From: Octopus bimaculoides
Taxonomy: Eukaryota
Assembly (NCBI RefSeq): GCF_001194135.2
Contig: NC_069001.1
Span: 10,346,130-10,398,438, forward strand
DNA length: 52,309 nucleotides
Reading direction: 5' to 3'
The position numbers were made by a program, and so were the translations under genes. Positions 1 to 11,239 of the stretch are shown here, piece by piece; position 1 is the first letter of the stretch, and each line of letters opens with the position of its first letter. The notes below the pieces were generated by a model that saw nothing but the letters and a program-made list of their open reading frames with translations, was not told the origin of the DNA and made no database searches.

Positions 1-9
1 GTGTATATC

Positions 10-192
10 TGTGTCACCATCACAGCTTGACAACAGGTGCAGGTGCGTTTAGACACCCGTAACATAGTGGTTCGGCAAAAGATACCAGTAAAATAATTAC
101 CAGGCTTAGAACAAAACGTACTTAGGTCGATTCTTTTGACTAAATTTCTTCATGGCGGTGCTACAGCATGACCACAACCTAATGACTTAAAG
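10..192 (+). mobile_element. SINE family B, 3' half with LINE-like tail
   Basis: ...cgtaacatagtggttcggcaaaaga...ggcggtgctacagcatgaccac matches the tails at 9931-9990, 23670-23900 and (reverse) 25650-25800. Confidence 0.75.
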
Positions 193-869
193 ATAGACGA
201 TGACAGATTCTTATTATTATTATCATTATTATTATTATTATTATTATTATTAACCAATAGTAATGAGTTTTACTAACCGTTTTTCTGTAATTATTCTTCG
301 ATAATATCCCCACACACTTCCCTACCCTAACGCCTGTAATATCGTCTCGAATGTCTGTCACATCAACAGGAAGTGCGTTAGTCAAGAACGACAATAGAAG
401 AAAATACTTCAAATGAAAAAGCTGATGGATTTGGTGGAATGTAAATAAATAAAGAAAGATAGGAAGAAAGAAATGAAGGGGGTGTAGTGAAAGAGGGTGA
501 GAGAGAGTGAGTGAGAGAGAGTGAGTGGGTGTTGGGTGAGGGAGGTAGAAGGAAGGGGAGTTGGTGTAAGTCTGGGGTGATTATGATAGCACCAACGTTA
601 AACGCATGGAAAGATATAAAGCGGATGGCGAGAATAAGAACTAAAGAGAGAGAGAAAGAGAGAGAAAGAGAGAATGAATGAGGGTGAAAGGGTTGCAGTA
701 ATACTGAGTTCTATGAAGGGAGGGTATGTGGAAGGAACGAAAAACCAGACAGCTAATAGGGTGGGGTTTGAGCGGTTAAAGAGAATAAGGGTTTGAGCGA
801 GGAAGAGAGGACAGAGTAAGAGAGAGAACGACTGAGTTCTATAGATATATAGAGGGTGGAGAGAGAGAA

Positions 870-1042
870 ATAGAAAGAGTGAGAAAGTAGGAGAGAGAGG
901 GGGATAGAGAGACAGAGGGACGGAAGGAGATTGAAAAATATATGTTGTGGGAGAGGGTTATATGGTCAGAGAGGGAAGGATTTTGAGAGATAGTGTTAGA
1001 GAGAGAGAGGGGGGGAGAGAGAGAGTGAGAGAAAGTGTAATT

Positions 1043-1080
<38 letters not shown>

Positions 1081-1179
1081 ATGATTGTGAGTGTGTGTAT
1101 GTGAGCTAGAGAAAGTGATTATGAGTGCATGTATGAGCTTGTGAGTGAGAGAGAGTTAGTGTGTGTGTGTGTGTGTGAC

Positions 1180-1236
<57 letters not shown>

Positions 1237-1320
1237 AAGAGAAAGAGAGAGAAAGAGAGAGAGAAGGGAAAGCGAGAAAGAGAAGGGAAAGCGAGAAAGA
1301 GAAGGGAAAGCGAGAGAGCG
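870..1320. repeat. (GA)n/(GT)n microsatellite and purine-rich tract
   Basis: Directly visible runs; explains ORF 1129..1335. Confidence 0.95.
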
Positions 1321-2039
1321 AGGACTAAAGGATAGATTATGAGATGTTTGATAGAGATAGAATAAGTCGGAGGTTATGAGAGACAGAGAGATAACCAGAG
1401 TAGGAAAGAGGTGGCTTATGAGGAAGACTAAGAAAGAGATTATGTATAGTAATGGACAGTAAGCGAGTAAGAGAGACGTTGTGAGTAACAGAGAGAAGGA
1501 GAGGGAGAGGAAGAGAAAGAAGAGAGAGAGGGGTGGTGTGAGGGAAAGAGAGTTGTCAGGGAAATAACAGATGTGTTCATAATTACACGTCTAATCGTTT
1601 CCTTTCATAACAGAGATCAGTTTATTTATGTTTTTATGACGTCATCGTCTGTGGCATTTCATTGAGCGAGCTGTGTGTCTCGCTGTGATCTCACGATATG
1701 CAAGAAGTAACGGTCAAAGCTAACTAGAAATGTCCTGTGTTGGGTAAAGGAAGGACTTAATCAATTATGCAACCACTCATTGCAGGAATGAGGAGATGGT
1801 TGCGATTGGTGGGGCGCCGGGTAAATTTGATAAATGGAACCCTTGGATCCACCAAGGTTTGGTGGAGAGGTTGGTTGGCAGCAAGGTAGAAGTAGTGGCA
1901 GGACAGTACTAGTGACGATGATGATGATGATGCTGATGATGCGAAGTTGATGCTGAAGATGATGATAATGACGATGGTGTTCGTGATGATGATGACGATA
2001 ATGATGAAGATGATGTTGATAATGTGATGATTAATTCCA

Positions 2040-2098
2040 CACAATGTGAATAAATAAGCATTTCATTTGACAGAGTAATCTGGATCATAAAGGGTTAA
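2040..2098. mobile_element. Single terminus of a TTAA-CCC type MITE (piggyBac/Kolobok-like)
   Basis: Ends in aaagggttaa, the same GGG-TTAA end as the MITE at 37275-37557; sequence recalled as an octopus MITE end; partner end not found. Confidence 0.35.
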
Positions 2099-2902
2099 GG
2101 CTGTAGAACTATGATGAAAGGCAATCCTGTCATGACCAACTCGACATTTTAGGAAAATGTCTGGAGCTACAATGTGTAGCATGTCTTTTTCTCATGTTTG
2201 ACGCCAAGTTGTAATTTGAGGGAGATGTGAGGGCCCTGTTTGCGCACCGTGCAACAACACAGAAGCACTTTATCAGGCAAAATAAGAGGACAGCCGTGGA
2301 CACGTATTTCTGGTTTAATAGACTTCATCTGTCTGACCTAATCTTTAGTAACCAAAGGATTTAGACTTATAGCAAACAAAGTAGGAAACGCTAACAGCCT
2401 TGATGATGCTGTGTAACACGATTTCTGTCCTTGGGCAGCAAATGTTATTTCCTATTTGCTTACCCCTACAAAGTATGAAGAACGGTTAATATTTCAGTTA
2501 AAAGTTGTTTTTGTTACATTTATGCATACCCCCAAAGAATCCTCCTCCACGCATGACTGTGTTGCTTCCCCATTAATCAGAAATGCACATATTGCCAACC
2601 ACTAAGGGATATGCTCAAGTGGTTAAGGTCAAACCACTGTAAAGTAAATTTGTGGTTTTGTGCAGAATATTTGCTATAACAATATTTCTGCTTCAGCAAC
2701 TCAATGCTGAATCTGTCTGAAATGTAATGGAAAATATTTTAGATTCAAAACATTGACGTCCTGGTCACAAAAGGCAAAATTTGAAAGGATATAGTAGTTA
2801 TTTCCATTGATTTCTAGATAGAAGTAAATGGGAAACAGCACATACTCGACCGAAGACAAATAAATAAATATATAAATATATATATATATATATACACACA
2901 TA

Positions 2903-3070
2903 TATACGACGGGTTTCTTTCCGTTTCCGTCTACCAAATCCACTCACAAGGCTTAGGTCGGCCTGAGGTTATAGAAGAAAACACTTTCCCAAGGTGCCAT
3001 GCAGTGAGACTGAACACAGAACCATGTGGTTGGTCAGCAAAATACTTTCCACACAGCCACTCCTGCGCCT
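2903..3070 (-). mobile_element. SINE family B, tRNA-derived head and core
   Basis: tctaccaaatccactcacaaggct...cccaaggtgcca...gactgaac...accatgtggttg aligns with 25845-26002, 8781-8927 and 50882-51025; B-box-like GTTCAGTC on minus strand. Confidence 0.85.
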
Positions 3071-3720
3071 AACATGATACTGTGGTGTGATTTTAATGCC
3101 TTTGACTGCTATTTCTAGCATCCAAAAGCATTCAAATCATTGCATAGAAACTTCCTCGTCCTTATCGTGGTGAAAGCTGTGGTCTTAGTGATGTTATTCC
3201 ATGGTGGTAAGGGCGGCGGTGGTTTGGGGTACAAAGATGGCGGTGGGGCAATGGTTGTGGTGGTGGTGAAAGAGGTAAATGAAAGTTCGGGTGGGATTGA
3301 TAGTACGGTGGGGAATGGATGTGGATGGGTCAGGAAATACTGCGAAGATGATGGGGTTGGTGGTTGTGGAGGTGGGGTTGGTGACGCAGTATGAGAGACA
3401 TGGCGGAGCAGTTTGGTAATAATAATAATAATAATATTGAAATGGTTATAACAGCAATGGCGGCAATATAGAAGGGTAACAGTGAGAGAGAGAGAGAGAG
3501 AGAGAAAGGAAGAAAGAGAGAGCTATGATAGAGTGGTGGTGGTAGTGAGATGGACAAGGTGGTGGTGGTGGTGCTGCTGCTACTGCCATTATGTGGTTGT
3601 CGTTAGAGCAATGTTATAGTTGCGTTGAATTGTCATAATCGATTCACTTTTACATAAAACAAAGTAATATACATTTACACACACACACAAAGCATACGCA
3701 CACTTGTGCACACGTACGAA

Positions 3721-3747
3721 CACACACATATATATATATATATTAAT

Positions 3748-3779
<32 letters not shown>

Positions 3780-3785
3780 TAATAT

Positions 3786-3817
<32 letters not shown>

Positions 3818-3855
3818 TAATATACACACACACACACACATATATATATTAATAT

Positions 3856-3889
<34 letters not shown>

Positions 3890-3927
3890 TAATATACACA
3901 CACACACACACACACATATTAATATAT

Positions 3928-3959
<32 letters not shown>

Positions 3960-3965
3960 TAATAT

Positions 3966-4003
<38 letters not shown>
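3721..4003. repeat. Higher-order compound repeat (TA)n-TTAATATA-(CA)n, ~7 units, running into a gap
   Basis: Directly visible. Confidence 0.9.
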
Positions 4004-4335
4004 NNNNNNNNNNNNNNNNNNNNNNNNNNNNNNNNNNNNNNNNNNNNNNNNNNNNNNNNNNNNNNNNNNNNNNNNNNNNNNNNNNNNNNNNNNNNNNNNN
4101 NNNNNNNNNNNNNNNNNNNNNNNNNNNNNNNNNNNNNNNNNNNNNNNNNNNNNNNNNNNNNNNNNNNNNNNNNNNNNNNNNNNNNNNNNNNNNNNNNNNN
4201 NNNNNNNNNNNNNNNNNNNNNNNNNNNNNNNNNNNNNNNNNNNNNNNNNNNNNNNNNNNNNNNNNNNNNNNNNNNNNNNNNNNNNNNNNNNNNNNNNNNN
4301 NNNNNNNNNNNNNNNNNNNNNNNNNNNNNNNNNNN
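4004..4335. other. Assembly gap (others: 10181-10355, 11878-11887, 21792-21887, 22764-22773, 23557-23620, 39568-39667, 43828-44233, 46266-46703, 48404-48413, 49430-49700)
   Basis: Runs of n, almost all flanked by (TA)n/(CA)n arrays. Confidence 0.99.
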
Positions 4336-4517
4336 AATGAAATTTTAGCGTTAATGATAATTTAAACCTGCTAAATAGGATATTGATCATCTATTTTTTT
4401 TCTTTGTAATTTTGTATGTTTTTGTGGCTTTATTTATTTATTTTTTTTTCCTCTTTCACATTTTTTTTGTTTTCAAATTTAATTTAGAGTTCTTGATGGG
4501 AACGATAGCAAACTTCT

Positions 4518-4560
<43 letters not shown>

Positions 4561-4599
4561 CGAAAGAGAAAGAGAAATAGACAGACAGATAGGGATATA

Positions 4600-4878
4600 G
4601 AAAGGTGCTCCTACTGATGCTGCAGCTGCAGTTGCTGGCGATGTTGTTGCTGATGCTGCTGACGGCGAAGACGACTATGATGGTGACGACGATGATGATG
4701 ATGATGATGATTATGATGATGATGAGGAGGAGGAGGACGGGGATGATGATGATGATGCTTGTGGTATTCATAGTGCTGGTGGTGTCCTTGATGGTTCCGA
4801 AGACGATGGTTATGCAAGTGAAGGCGGCCTTGAGTATGATGATGATGAGGATGATGATGATGATAAAGACGATGAAGT

Positions 4879-4910
<32 letters not shown>

Positions 4911-5097
4911 GTGTCGATGATGCTGCTGCTTCTGACGGCGATGCCAACTACGAAGGTGTGGCGATGATATTGCAGATAATGAAAGCGATGGAGTGAATCG
5001 TGGCCTTGAGTATGATGGTGATGGTGATGATGAGGAAGGGGAGGAGGCTGCGGGGGGAGGGTGGTGGTGGTCTCGGCGGCGGTGATAGTGGTGGCCT

Positions 5098-5132
<35 letters not shown>

Positions 5133-5800
5133 CATAGAATGACGTTGATCATTTTGATAGCGATAATAGTGATAAGAGTGATGCTGGTGTTTATGATGAT
5201 GATGATGATGATAGGGGTGGACGAGTAGCGGTATGAGTTGAAGAGGACCAGAAATTGAGGCGGATGACGGTGGGGACAATGTTTATCATCATCATCGAAA
5301 TCATCGTCGTCGTCTCATCGCCATCTTGATCATTATTAATATTATTGTTGTTTGCTGGTTGTTATTATTATTATTATTATTATTGTTATTATTGTTATTA
5401 TTATTATTATTCATATTATTGTTGTTGTTGTTGTTATTAAGTAGCATTGGAGAAGAAGCAAAAGAAGAGTTGGAAGAGAGGGGTGGGTGGCGAGAAATAA
5501 TCACGAGGTCGTTGGAAACGATGGTTAAAATATATTCTATTTGATGACGACGATGAAAAACGAAGAAAAAGAAAAAGCAGAAAAAAAAGGAAACGAAGAA
5601 GAAGAAGAAGAAGAAGAAGAAGAAGAAGACAAAGGAGAAGAATGTGGTGGTGTGCAGGATTATGAGCAGGATAGTTATAATTGTGGTGGTCGGCGTTCTC
5701 GTAATAACGATGATGATAATATATAAGATGTTGATTACGAAGATAATGATAATTAGAATGATAATTAGAAAAATGATGATGATAGTGTCGTAGGTTATGA
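4600..5800. repeat. Mixed trinucleotide low-complexity block (GAT, GGT, GCT, ATT, GTT, GAA)
   Basis: Directly visible; gives poly-His/poly-Met/poly-Asn pseudo-ORFs. Confidence 0.9.
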
Positions 5801-5894
5801 TAAAAAGGTGATGGAGGAACTAAATTGTATAACGGTTAAACACAGCGAATTTCATACAGCTTTATTCATTTTAATATTATTATTATTATGATTG

Positions 5895-6088
5895 ATTTCA
5901 AATTTTGATTTGAATTTTTTCTCACAAAGCCAGCAATTTCCGGGAGAGAGTGAGTCGATTACATCGACCTCGGTGTAAAACTGGTAATTATTTTATCGAC
6001 CCCGGAGGGAAGAAATGCAAAATCGACCTCGACGGAATTTGAACTCAGAACATAAACACGGTTGCTAACGTTTCTGCCAGCTCACCGA
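5895..6088 (-). mobile_element. SINE family A (tRNA-derived), internally deleted
   Basis: atcgaccccgg...aatcgacctcgacggaatttgaactcagaac...gctaacgtttctgccagctcaccg; B-box-like GTTCAAATTCC on minus strand. Confidence 0.9.
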
Positions 6089-6124
6089 ATTTTTTCTTCG
6101 TCCCATTATTAATCAACCATAAGA

Positions 6125-6325
6125 TGGCGCGCTGGCAGAAACGTTAGCACGCTAGACGAAATGCTTAATGGTATTTCGTTCTGAGTTCAAATTCCGCCGA
6201 GGTCGACTTTACCTTTCATCAGTTCGGGGTCGATAAATCAAATACTAGTTACGCACTCGGGTCGGTCTAATGGACTGGCCCCCTCCCCAAAAATTGCTGG
6301 CTCTGAACCAAAAATTAAAAAGAAT
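6125..6325 (+). mobile_element. SINE family A
   Basis: gctggcagaaacgttagcac...gagttcaaattccgccgaggtcgacttt...ggggtcgataaa. Confidence 0.9.
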
Positions 6326-7169
6326 TGTCTAGCATATTCTTTTCAATTGTTGAAGTTATAGTGTCTGCCTATTGTTGGAGTTATAGTGTCTGCCTATTGA
6401 TGACCGTATACAGTACATGTTAGCTGGTGTGTTACATTGCTTGATGACTCCTGCGACAATGTTTTGTGTTTGTTGGATTATTTTATTAAGTGTTGATTAT
6501 ATTAAGACAAGTGCTAGGTGCAGAGAATTTACTATGTGAATTGTGTTCTGGGAACTGAATTTATTTTTCATTAGCGAAGCTAATATATTATCAATGTATT
6601 TTTACTGGAAAAGGAAAAAAAGAAAACATTAAATGTATTAAAAATCAAATTATCCAGGAAAAAATTAACAGTAACTACTTCACTAAGAAAAGAAAGAAAA
6701 ATATTTTTAAAAAAAACGACGTGGGGGGGAATTAAGCAACAGAAAATGGGGGGGGGGCGGAGAGAGTAACGGGTTGTACAGCCTAAACCAAATGATGTGT
6801 TCAGGTGAGCCGCGCGGACATAATTTCAAATGCATTGCTGCAGAAAACGGCCAACGACACTCGCTGCGACAGCCACTCCATCTCGTGGTGGAAATTGTCT
6901 TGCGTAAAACGTAAGTTCACTTTAGTAGAGTTGTTTTTACACTGGGTACTATTGAAGCCTTGCTGCGTGCTCGTTTTGTTCTCTCTTCCCTGTATGGTTA
7001 GAAATAACTTAAATAATATTGGTATTAATTCCGTGGCTATAATCCAAAATCGAAGTTGGTCACCGATGACCGAGTCTGGTTTAAGACTTTCTCAAGAATT
7101 GTCGAGGCCATGGTAAATATTTTTTCATCCTTTCATTACAGTTCTCGATATTAGCCATCCACTCTTCCA

Positions 7170-7560
7170 TCCATCTCATCATCTTCCACTCTCACTGTTA
7201 CTGGGGGAGGGGGGATCGTTGGGATAGAGTCTTCAGGTACCTCGTCTGTAGGGTCATATCAGAAGAAACCATTATTAGGCTTTCTGGATGGAATCCCGAG
7301 CCTGACCAACTGAAACTATGGATGTTATACAGCCATCTCATCATTGGTCTTCCCCTAGGGCTCCAACTTCTTTGCCAAGTTTGACGTATTCGTCTCCCAA
7401 TTTTTTCTTGAGGCATTCTAGTTATTTGTCCGTAATACTGGTGCTTTGACCTCTCTAGTGAAGAAGTCGCAGTTTGTACTGGAGAGACTCCATCGAAAAC
7501 AAATTCGAGAGAAATAAGAAGTTATTCTATATATTATCATCATGACGCTAATCTTGGTCA
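7170..7560 (-). mobile_element. RTE-clade LINE, decayed 3' end of ORF2
   Basis: Minus strand ERSKHQYYGQITRMPQEKIGRRIRQTWQRSWSPRGRPMMRWLYNIH resembles the RTE C-terminal motif RW/YGHVxRM...RGRP..RW.D; followed by a GATG-rich tail. Confidence 0.8.
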
Positions 7561-7989
7561 GGGTGACCCAGTCCATCGCACTTATTGGACGAAGCAGAAT
7601 TAATACAAACAAGTTTTATTGAAAGCATATGCATGACATCTCATACATCAAGAATAAATGAAGAAAGTACGGCTTTTGTAATAAGTAGCTCGATGCATGC
7701 TTCAACGGCATTCAACAAAAAAGGTGATATCGAGTTTCTATGGCAGTAGAACTTAAATCTCTCCATGTTTAATATGTAACCAAAATGGAAAAACTTTTCA
7801 AATGCCGTTTCTTTTATTATATAAACTTGTTTTTATTAAAACGGAATATATTTTCCATTTGACAATATGCAAATTGTGCAATAACAGTTATTACTCTTCT
7901 AATCGGTGTGTAACTTTAAAAAGAAAAGTGTGGAGTGTGTCGGACAAATTTGTAAAACAATTTCTTAACTAAGGTTAATATTGATTTCG

Positions 7990-8168
7990 ATTTTCAGCAC
8001 AAAAATAACAATTTCTAATGAGGAGGTAAAGTGATTAAATCAACCCCATTACTCAACTGAGTTCTCATTTTATCGACCCCGGCGGAATTTGAACAGAAAA
8101 CGTAAAAACGGACGAAATGCTGCTAATTATTTTGCCCGGCGTGCTAACGATCTTGCCAGCTCAGCGGC
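7990..8168 (-). mobile_element. SINE family A, degenerate
   Basis: tttatcgaccccggcggaatttgaac...gcccggcgtgctaacgatcttgccagctc. Confidence 0.8.
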
Positions 8169-8184
8169 TTAACGAAAGTTGTAC

Positions 8185-8380
8185 TGTTGGTTTCAAAATT
8201 TGGCACAAAGCCACACACGTTTTGGGAAAAGTCGATTAAAACCGACCGCAACTGACACTTATTTTATCGACCCCGAAAGGGTGAAAGACAGAATAAACCC
8301 CAGAGTTTCAACAGGGGATGTTAAGAAGGACAAAACATCTCTAAGAATTTTACTGCTGTGGTATTCTACCAGCTCGCCGT
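8185..8380 (-). mobile_element. SINE family A, degenerate
   Basis: ttggcacaaagcc...agtcgatta...ttttatcgaccccgaaagggtgaaag...ccagctcgccg. Confidence 0.7.
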
Positions 8381-8654
8381 GCTTATGAGAGATTCAATAT
8401 CGTAATCTATGTCTTTGCACCACTACGAGGCGTACAAATTATCACTTTACCCACAAGAATGCTTCCTTTGTCATGCCAGGAGATAGACTGCCTTGATTCA
8501 ATTGAAATTTTGAAAGCTTCCTCGAGGAGAAAAGAGAAAAGGTGACTCAAGAGCCGAAACTTTATGATGTTGGTGGTTATCACATTAGTACAGATTGATA
8601 AGTGTGAATACACGGAGATCTCAACCGTTGAATGATACTGTAAACATTCATGAA

Positions 8655-8754
8655 CCGTGCTACGCTATAGAGCGGTGCTACGGTATAGAGAAAAATAAGC
8701 TCTCCACCAGTGTTACGGTCTCAAGCCGGTGTTACGGTCTCAAACCGGTGTTAC
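8655..8754. repeat. 18-19 bp tandem repeat, 5 units in two subtypes
   Basis: ccgtgctacgctatagag / cggtgctacggtatagag, then ccagtgttacggtctcaag / ccggtgttacggtctcaaa / ccggtgttac. Confidence 0.85.
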
Positions 8755-8780
8755 AAGCTTAAAGGGTAAATATTAAACAT

Positions 8781-8927
8781 ATGCCCCGTCTATCAAATCC
8801 ACTCACAAGTTTTTGGTCGGTCCGAGAATACAGTAGAAGACGTCTGCCCAAATTGCCACGTGGTGGAACTGAAACCGGAATAATATGGTTCAGAAGCAAG
8901 CCTCTTATCTCACAGCCACGCCTGCAT
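8781..8927 (-). mobile_element. SINE family B head and core
   Basis: tctatcaaatccactcacaag...tagaagac...gaactgaaaccggaa...agaagcaagc. Confidence 0.8.
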
Positions 8928-9559
8928 ATATATCAAAAAATATATAAAGCAAGCTGGAATAAGCAGGCTTTAATTACAAACACAGCAATTGTTTCTGTGC
9001 AATGGTAACAGCGGTTACTTGGTGAGGTTTCCATACAATACTATCATACAAATTATTTTATAAATAATTATATAAATACCTACGAGCTGTGTTTCTGGCA
9101 CGTCATCAGGTGAATAACTTTGATAGAAATGCTGTATATATGTATGAGTATGTATAAGTATCCTGATATAAAAACATAGTTTTCAAGATTTCTATATTTT
9201 ATATATTATTTATGCTTGGCTTCTATTCGAATTATTTAAATATATTTAGTTTCCATTCGTAATTACATTTTCATCCTTAATAAATTGAAAGAACAGCTTT
9301 GTAGACGTTGAGAAAGTGAAACAATACAAAACTAATGCTTTCATTATTGAATATAGAATGCTTTCATTATATTCAATTCCAGTATCGCTATTAAAACGAA
9401 TTCGTATTCCCTAGCCATGTAATTGAGATAGAAATGCATTTAGAATGTATTGGATTCGGATTGGTTATAACGACGTTTGTGAGCAATTTTTACATTATTT
9501 TAAAATATACATACAGGATATATGTGTATGTTTGTGTGTGTCCGTGTAGTTTTATATGC

Positions 9560-10355
9560 AAAAATACATAGGTACACAAGCTGTCAGACACACACTCACA
9601 CACACATATATGAATATATACATACATTTATACATATTCATATCTATATATATATACACATATATAGAAATATATGAATATATATATATACATACATAAA
9701 ATGTATGAATATATATATACATACATAAAATATATGAATATATATAAACATACATAAAATATATTTATATAAACATACATAAAATATATGAATATATATA
9801 AATAAAATATATGTATATATACATATATATATGAAATATATGTATATATGTATACATATATGCATATAAATAAAACATATATATATATATGTGTATATAC
9901 AAACATAAATAAAATATGTATATATATTGGGGCGGTGCTCCAGCATGGCCACAGTCAAATGACTAAAACAAGTAAAATAGTAAAAGAGTATAGCTATCTA
10001 TCTATATATATATACATATACATGAATAAAAAAGTTATATATACATATATATATATATATATATACATCTATAAAAATATATATACATATATAAATAAAA
10101 TATATATATCCATATATAAATAATGTATATATATATATATACATATATATACACATGTAAATAATGTATGTGTATATATANNNNNNNNNNNNNNNNNNNN
10201 NNNNNNNNNNNNNNNNNNNNNNNNNNNNNNNNNNNNNNNNNNNNNNNNNNNNNNNNNNNNNNNNNNNNNNNNNNNNNNNNNNNNNNNNNNNNNNNNNNNN
10301 NNNNNNNNNNNNNNNNNNNNNNNNNNNNNNNNNNNNNNNNNNNNNNNNNNNNNNN

Positions 10356-10404
<49 letters not shown>

Positions 10405-10470
10405 TTGTAAATAATGTATATATATATATATATATACATATATATACATATATATATAAATATATTCAAT
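9560..10470. repeat. (TA)n/(TACA)n microsatellite field
   Basis: Directly visible. Confidence 0.95.
9931..9990 (+). mobile_element. Isolated SINE-B/CR1-type 3' tail
   Basis: ggcggtgctccagcatggccacagtcaaatgactaaaacaagtaaaa. Confidence 0.8.
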
Positions 10471-10893
10471 TACCCCATACACACATATACGCACGCACAC
10501 TCACACATTATGCATTAATTGTATTGATTTTGAAGCTCTTGTGTCCAAAGGATTAAAAAAGAAATTAAACTGCCCGCCGTATGTTTAAAACGAAAATTGA
10601 AGCATAATAAATACAAATATACTGAAAGTAACTTAAATATTTCACGCTTTAACGAATGATTGTGCAACTATTGTGCACTGCTGAACGAAAACCTGTCGAA
10701 AACGATCTACAACATATCGATTTTTAGAATAATTCTGGGCGTTGGGGATGGCTGAATATACGGTTAGCAATATTCGCATAAAAATTTCTGACATTCTCCA
10801 GAACGAGAGGGATTGAAGTGTCGAAACCACAACTTACCTCCCCGCTTGCCAATTATTGAATCCCACATGTAATATGGACGCCATAAGAAATAA

Positions 10894-11020
10894 TACGAGA
10901 GGGTGTTGTAAAGTTCCTAGCGTTGGGTAAAAGAAAAATCAGTTAATTATGATTTTATTCAAAATATTCAACTCCCAGATTCTCACACTTTCTGCAGTGA
11001 GCCTTCGGTTTTCTACCATT
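10894..11020 (-). mobile_element. Mariner-derived MITE, partial copy
   Basis: TIR-like tacgagagggtgttgtaaagttcctagc, then sequence nearly duplicated at 11025-11140. Confidence 0.7.
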
Positions 11021-11024
11021 AAAG

Positions 11025-11239
11025 TACTAGGGTTTGCAGAAAACTTCCTAGCCTTGGTAAAAGAAAATACAGGACGATCAGTTAATTATGATTTCATTTA
11101 ACATATCCCCCCCCTCTCAGATTCATACACTTAAATTTAGCAGTTCATCTTCATCAGTTTTTCAAAGCTCTGAAAAGGATCTCAGAATGTGCGGTCCACA
11201 ACCAGGCCTTTCGTGATACACATTTCAGCAGCCCCTCGT
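11025..11239 (-). mobile_element. Mariner-derived MITE (~215 bp) with both TIR remnants
   Basis: tactagggtttgcagaaaacttcc ... catttcagcagcccctcgt; interior homologous to 13334-13525, which carries a transposase C-terminus relic. Confidence 0.7.

Noticed and set aside
6351-6400. 25 bp tandem duplication (gttatagtgtctgcctattg) and a similar 20 bp one at 27909-27948
   Set aside because: Ordinary two-copy slippage duplications with no further structure
9552-10556. Many ORFs of the [18 protein letters not shown] type (also 17106-17736, 19554-20139, 30179-30891, 43693-44617, 46160-46897, 47949-50006)
   Set aside because: Translations of dinucleotide microsatellites and N-gaps; no coding complexity
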